Shown here in pieces: positions 59,811 to 64,000 of a stretch of 64,000 bases of DNA. Below the pieces are notes generated by a model. It made no database searches. It saw only the letters and a program-made list of their open reading frames with translations, and was not told the DNA's origin. Source of the DNA: Candidatus Coatesbacteria bacterium. Lineage in GTDB: Bacteria > RBG-13-66-14 > B26-G2 > JAUVZD01. Numbering within the stretch: position 1 is the first letter of the stretch; each line of letters starts with the position of its first letter. The stretch is taken from contig JAUVZD010000008.1 in assembly GCA_030602715.1 (NCBI GenBank), positions 1 through 64,000 on the forward strand, in the 5' to 3' direction. The translations under genes and the position numbers were made by a program.

Positions 59811-60776
59811 ATGGGTATGGCGAAGCAAAGAGTTATTTTAGTGACCGGGGGTGGTGGTTTCATCGGCAGATGGGTGGTCAGAAGACTTCTCGCCGAGGAA
59901 CGCAAGGTGGTGGTGGTGGACAACTTCTCCAACGCAAGCCCCAGCAACCTTGCTGGGTTTGAGGGGGATGAGAACCTTCTTGCGATACACAGGGAGGATA
60001 TCCGCTGGCGGGAGTTTATGACCGCTCTTTTTGATGAGTATAGGTTCTCCCTCTGTATCCACCTGGCCGCATCCATCAGTGTGCAGGACTCCATTGACCA
60101 CCCCTTGAGCACCTTTGATAACGACACCGTTGCAACCCTCCATCTCCTTGAGCTCTGCAGGCAGCACGAAACCCCCTTCGTCTTCACCTCCACCTGTCTG
60201 GTTTACGATACTTTTGACGGCACAGATGCCATTAGTGAGGAACATCCCGTAAAACCTCATTCACCTTACTCGGCGAGCAAGCTCTCCGCTGAGGCTTTAG
60301 CCCTCTCCTATCACCAGACCTACGACCTTCCGGTCACTGTCCTTCGCCCCTTCAATACCTACGGACCCTTCCAGCGTTCCACGGGAGAGGGGGGCGTGGT
60401 GGCGACCTTTCTTCATAGGGCGCTCGCCGGTGAATCGCTATTGGTCTATGGCGACGGCGAGCAGAGCCGGGACTTGCTCTATGTGGAGGACTGTGCAGAC
60501 TTTATCGTCTCCTCCGCCTTCCAGGAGAGGGCGGTGGGACGGATAATTAATGCAGCCAGCGGCAGAGAGACCAAGATCAACGAGCTGGCGGAGATGATAG
60601 CCGAGGGAAAGGTTGCCATAGAGCATGTGCCTCACATCCATCCCCGAAGCGAGGTGGGGCGTCTGAAGGGGAGCTATGTTCTTGCAGAGGAGCTTCTGGG
60701 ATGGAAGCCGGTGGTGGATTTGGAGGAAGGCATCGCCCGCACCCGGGATTATATCGCCGGGGAGCTGGAGGGGTGA
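59811..60776 (+). CDS. NAD-dependent epimerase/dehydratase (SDR family, UDP-sugar epimerase-like)
   Basis: VTGGGGFIGRWVV Rossmann motif. YSASK catalytic motif. Confidence 0.8.
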   Translation: MGMAKQRVILVTGGGGFIGRWVVRRLLAEERKVVVVDNFSNASPSNLAGFEGDENLLAIHREDIRWREFMTALFDEYRFSLCIHLAASISVQDSIDHPLSTFDNDTVATLHLLELCRQHETPFVFTSTCLVYDTFDGTDAISEEHPVKPHSPYSASKLSAEALALSYHQTYDLPVTVLRPFNTYGPFQRSTGEGGVVATFLHRALAGESLLVYGDGEQSRDLLYVEDCADFIVSSAFQERAVGRIINAASGRETKINELAEMIAEGKVAIEHVPHIHPRSEVGRLKGSYVLAEELLGWKPVVDLEEGIARTRDYIAGELEG

Positions 60777-61981
60777 TGAGGTCCGCAAAGCTTCCAGCGA
60801 TTGAAGGCGGTGCGCCGATCAGGGAGGAATACCTCCCCTATGGAAAACATTGGATAAGCCCCGAGGAGGTGGAGTCGGTCTGCGAGGTGCTCCGGGGGGA
60901 TTGGCTGACCACGGGACCGGAGGTGGGTTTGTTGGAGGGGGAACTGGCGGATTATCTCGGTGCACGCTGGGTGCGGGCGGTAAACTCCGGCACCGCCGCC
61001 CTCATCTGCGCTGTGGGGGGGTTGGGGTTGGGTGAGGGGGATGAGGTCATCACCAGCCCGCTCTCCTTTGCCGCTTCAACCAACTGCGTCCTCTTTCACG
61101 GTGCAAAGCCGGTCTTTGCCGATATCTCCCTGGAGAACGGTTACTGCCTGGACCCGGAGTCGGTAGCTGGGGCTGTCACCAAAAGGACCCGGGCAATACT
61201 TGTGGTCCATTACGGCGGTTTTGTTGCCGATATGGTGGCTATCGGCGAAATAGCTGAGGAGAATGGACTTTTAGTAATAGAGGATACAGCTCATGCATTA
61301 GGGGCGGTTCAGGAGGGGCGGATGGCGGGAACCTTCGGTGATGCCGGCTGTCTATCCTTTCATCCGGTCAAACACATCGCCGCCGGTGAGGGGGGCGCGG
61401 TAGTGTCTTCCTCAGAGGAGCTTGCCCGCTTCACCGAGCTTTACCGCAACCAGGGGTTATCCACCACCACTTATCAGCGGCAGGTGGAGCGGAAGATTCA
61501 TCATTACGATGTGATTATGTTGGGCTATAACTTCCGCATCTCAGACATCCACGCACGGTTGGCTCGGGAACAGCTGAAGCGCCAGCCCGGGTTTGTCGCT
61601 CGCCGAAGGGAGCTTGCCCAAAGTTACGACGAAGCCTTTGCGGACCACGAGGGCATCATTCCTCCTCCGCCGGCAAGCGAGCACGGGGGCAGTTATCATC
61701 TCTATCCTGTGCGGATTATCCCGGAGAGATGGCGGATTGAGCGGGACCATCTACTCCAGGCTCTACGCACTGAGGGTATAGGTGCTACCCTGCATTATCC
61801 CCCCATCCACCTTCTGCAATATCATCGTCAGTTGTTGGGCTATAAGTCGGGTGATTTTCCCAATGCGGAAGCCGCTGCAGCGACGCTTCTAACTATACCC
61901 CTCTTTCCTAGGATGAGCGACGAGGACCGGGATGATGTCATCTCGGCGCTGGAGAAGCTGTGGGAATATTATAAGAGATGA
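60776..61981 (+). CDS. DegT/DnrJ/EryC1/StrS-family PLP-dependent sugar aminotransferase
   Basis: The ATG overlaps the preceding TGA (ATGA). DWLTTGPEV...AVNSGTAAL...SFHPVKHIAAGEGG with the PLP lysine region. Confidence 0.85.
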   Translation: MRSAKLPAIEGGAPIREEYLPYGKHWISPEEVESVCEVLRGDWLTTGPEVGLLEGELADYLGARWVRAVNSGTAALICAVGGLGLGEGDEVITSPLSFAASTNCVLFHGAKPVFADISLENGYCLDPESVAGAVTKRTRAILVVHYGGFVADMVAIGEIAEENGLLVIEDTAHALGAVQEGRMAGTFGDAGCLSFHPVKHIAAGEGGAVVSSSEELARFTELYRNQGLSTTTYQRQVERKIHHYDVIMLGYNFRISDIHARLAREQLKRQPGFVARRRELAQSYDEAFADHEGIIPPPPASEHGGSYHLYPVRIIPERWRIERDHLLQALRTEGIGATLHYPPIHLLQYHRQLLGYKSGDFPNAEAAAATLLTIPLFPRMSDEDRDDVISALEKLWEYYKR

Positions 61982-62076
61982 GATTGGCAGAAGGAAGATT
62001 GAAGGCTTGAATCGTCGCTGGATTGAGAAAGAGGTTATCGGTAAATCATCGTGCAAACCCCCACCTGGATGGGGGC

Positions 62077-62106
62077 TTGAATTTTGCGGTGATTTTATTG
62101 TATAAT
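62077..62106 (+). promoter_or_regulatory. Candidate sigma70 promoter upstream of the pseG-like gene. A perfect 8-bp stem hairpin sits at 62130-62152.
   Basis: TTGAAT, 18-nt spacer, TATAAT. Downstream GAGCTAAG ttctgag CTTAGCTC. Confidence 0.35.
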
Positions 62107-62177
62107 ATAATTGTTGGCGAATTTATTATTGAGCTAAGTTCTGAGCTTAGCTCTGTTGTTTGGAGAGCGGATAGATT

Positions 62178-63218
62178 ATGACAATATTTTCCGGCTATAG
62201 GGTAGCATTTCGTGTGGATGGCGGGGAGGAGATTGGCTGGAGTTCCTTCAATCGTTGCTGTGCTCTGGCTTACGAGCTGGAGAACTATTTTGGGTGCAAG
62301 GTGGGTTTCTTCTCTTCAATTGAGGGTGAGCCGCCCTGGGGAGAACCACGATGGTCGCTGGTGACTCCACCTGAGGATATGAGTGTCTGGCAGGAGGGTC
62401 GGTGGCTTTCCTGGGAGACCGAGGTGGGAGGATACGACGGGATTGTCGTTGATGTCCGCAGGGATTTGGACTCGCTGTGTAAGCCTTTGATAAAGAGCGG
62501 ATTTGTGGTGGTGGTTATTGATGAGGATTACCGGGGCATAGTCCCCTCACATCTGGTGGTAAATGCTTCCATAGTTGAGGATCCTCAAGGCTATCATCCA
62601 TTCAATAGAGAACAGTTGTTCCTACTCGGTCATCGCTACATCATTTTGCGCCCCAAGTTCGGTGGGGAGAGGGACAGAATTGTCAAAGAAAGAGCGGAAC
62701 ATCTAGTGGTCTCGCCCGGTAGGGGTTATCCTCCTGCGGTCTGGGGGAGGGCTATACGCCAGGCGGTGGAGAAGGGCGGTATGAAGCGCATCTCTATATT
62801 TACTGAGCGGTCTCATTCCCTGGAGGATTTTGAGGTAGCAGAATTTTCATCGGATATTGATTTTCACTCCGGGCTGGAGGACCCCTCAAGGGTCATGGCT
62901 GGCGGTGATATCGCTCTGTGCGGGGGTGGGACTACTTTGTTTGAGTATATCTCCCTGGGGGTTCCCGCGGTGGCGATAACCGCCATACCTGGCGAGATTA
63001 AGGAAGCGGAGGCTTTAGCCTCTCAGGGAGCATGTGTTGCCCTTACCTATTCATTTGCGCCGGAGCGGGTGGGGATAGCGGTAAAGACGCTCGCCGACCG
63101 AATTGATGTTCGTCGGTTGATGAGTGCGTATGGTGCGGCGCTGATTGACGGGGGTGGGCGGGAGAGGGTGGCGCTGACTGTAGTAGAAATTTTGAGGAGG
63201 GAAAAGGGCTCTGGTTAG
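62178..63218 (+). CDS. PseG/SpsG-like UDP-sugar hydrolase/transferase (GT28 C-terminal-like fold)
   Basis: N-terminus VAFRVDGGEEIGWSSFNRCCALAYEL and C-terminus GDIALCGGGTTLFEYISLGVPAVAI resemble PseG / spore-coat SpsG family patterns. Confidence 0.45.
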   Translation: MTIFSGYRVAFRVDGGEEIGWSSFNRCCALAYELENYFGCKVGFFSSIEGEPPWGEPRWSLVTPPEDMSVWQEGRWLSWETEVGGYDGIVVDVRRDLDSLCKPLIKSGFVVVVIDEDYRGIVPSHLVVNASIVEDPQGYHPFNREQLFLLGHRYIILRPKFGGERDRIVKERAEHLVVSPGRGYPPAVWGRAIRQAVEKGGMKRISIFTERSHSLEDFEVAEFSSDIDFHSGLEDPSRVMAGGDIALCGGGTTLFEYISLGVPAVAITAIPGEIKEAEALASQGACVALTYSFAPERVGIAVKTLADRIDVRRLMSAYGAALIDGGGRERVALTVVEILRREKGSG

Positions 63219-63234
63219 GTAGAGGGAGGACAGT

Positions 63235-63885
63235 GTGGGAGAGAAGGAGAGATGGGATAGGCATCACTCTGACCGCATGTTGCGCTATCCCAGCGAGGAT
63301 GTGGTTCGTTTCATCGTCCGCAACTGGGAGACATCCCAATCCAGAAATGGATTGAGGGCGTTGGACTTGGGATGTGGTTCCGGTCGGCATACCGTGTATC
63401 TGGCAAAAGAGGGATTTCGGGCATATGGGACGGATATCTCCGCCATCGGTCTGGCTAATGCGGAGCAATTTCTTAGGCAGGAGGGGGCATCGGCGGAATT
63501 AAAATGGTCGGCTCTGGATAATATTCCCTATCAGGATGATTTTTTTGATCTGGTTTTAGCCTGGGAATCTATTCATTATGGAGATTATTCCTTCGGTCGT
63601 CGTGTGGGGGGGGAGATATTCCGTGTGCTCAAATCCGGGGGGAGGCTGTTCATATCCTTTCGCAGTCGGGATGACAACCATCCCGGGGAGGAGACCGCCG
63701 AAAGATTTACATTTGAGGGGAGAGAGGGTGAGGAGGGCTTGCTCTTTCATCTTTATGACCGCAAGGAAGCCCTATCGGTGCTTGAGGGCTTTGAGATAGT
63801 GTATGTGGATAGATTTTTTTGGACTAGATATAACCAAAGCCAATTGAACACATCTTTTATGATAGAAGCGAGAAAGGCTTTATAG
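63235..63885 (+). CDS. Class I SAM-dependent methyltransferase
   Basis: ALDLGCGSGRHTVYLAKEGFRAYGTDIS motif I. Confidence 0.7.
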   Translation: MGEKERWDRHHSDRMLRYPSEDVVRFIVRNWETSQSRNGLRALDLGCGSGRHTVYLAKEGFRAYGTDISAIGLANAEQFLRQEGASAELKWSALDNIPYQDDFFDLVLAWESIHYGDYSFGRRVGGEIFRVLKSGGRLFISFRSRDDNHPGEETAERFTFEGREGEEGLLFHLYDRKEALSVLEGFEIVYVDRFFWTRYNQSQLNTSFMIEARKAL

Positions 63886-63935
63886 AGAATGCTTATCGGG
63901 AAAACTTTTTGAAATTTACATATAGATAAATAAAG

Positions 63936-64000
63936 ATGAGGAAAAAACATCTCAAGTATTTGGTCTGTCCGGCTTGCCAGGTACAACTTCTACTGTCAGA
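63936..64000 (+). CDS. 5' fragment of a gene encoding a Trm112-like zinc-ribbon N-terminus (MRKKHLKYLVCPACQ...). It runs off the window.
   Basis: ATG at 63936. LxCPxC motif. Only 21 codons are visible. Confidence 0.25.
   Translation, partial: MRKKHLKYLVCPACQVQLLLS

Overview
This 64 kb window is a chromosomal segment (~56-58% GC) from a Gram-negative-type (diderm) bacterium whose gene content suggests an FCB-group-like or candidate-phylum lineage. It carries about 55 protein-coding genes. I found no rRNA, tRNA or CRISPR array.

Housekeeping content:
- A dprA-topA-trmFO-xerC-hslV-hslU block, plus uvrA, gatB, tatA, truA, rluD, pyrR and ogt.
- Transaldolase, a GH57 alpha-glucan enzyme, a purine nucleoside phosphorylase, hutU, an AMMECR1 protein with its radical-SAM partner, and a ferredoxin.

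Envelope and accessory content:
- A heptose kinase, three GT4 glycosyltransferases and a GT39-like membrane transferase, all downstream of an XRE/ImmA regulator pair.
- A five-gene minus-strand operon of three signal-peptide TPR proteins with acidic Pro/Glu/Thr tails plus an outer-membrane-like protein.
- A lipoprotein and a PorV/FadL-like beta-barrel.
- The C-terminal fragment of a T9SS-type cargo protein at the window start.
- A nucleotide-sugar cluster with dehydrogenase, epimerase, aminotransferase, a PseG-like enzyme and a methyltransferase.

Standout observations:
- An in-frame TGA sits exactly where the first conserved Cys of a C_GCAxxG_C_C-family redox protein should be. This is a candidate selenoprotein, and a YedF-type selenium-metabolism gene is present in the same window.
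- An 885-aa single-chain restriction-modification enzyme (PD-(D/E)xK nuclease, HsdM-like NPPF methylase, HsdS-like specificity domain) sits in a sharply AT-rich (~43% GC) single-gene island.
- Two unrelated secreted proteins end in the same C-terminal tail (YPxxVQPxSLGx[IV]KAL[FY]x), a possible undescribed sorting or beta-signal.
- Several genes carry long lysine/arginine- or acid-rich low-complexity tails.

All calls rest on reading motifs in the supplied translations and DNA. No database searches were run.
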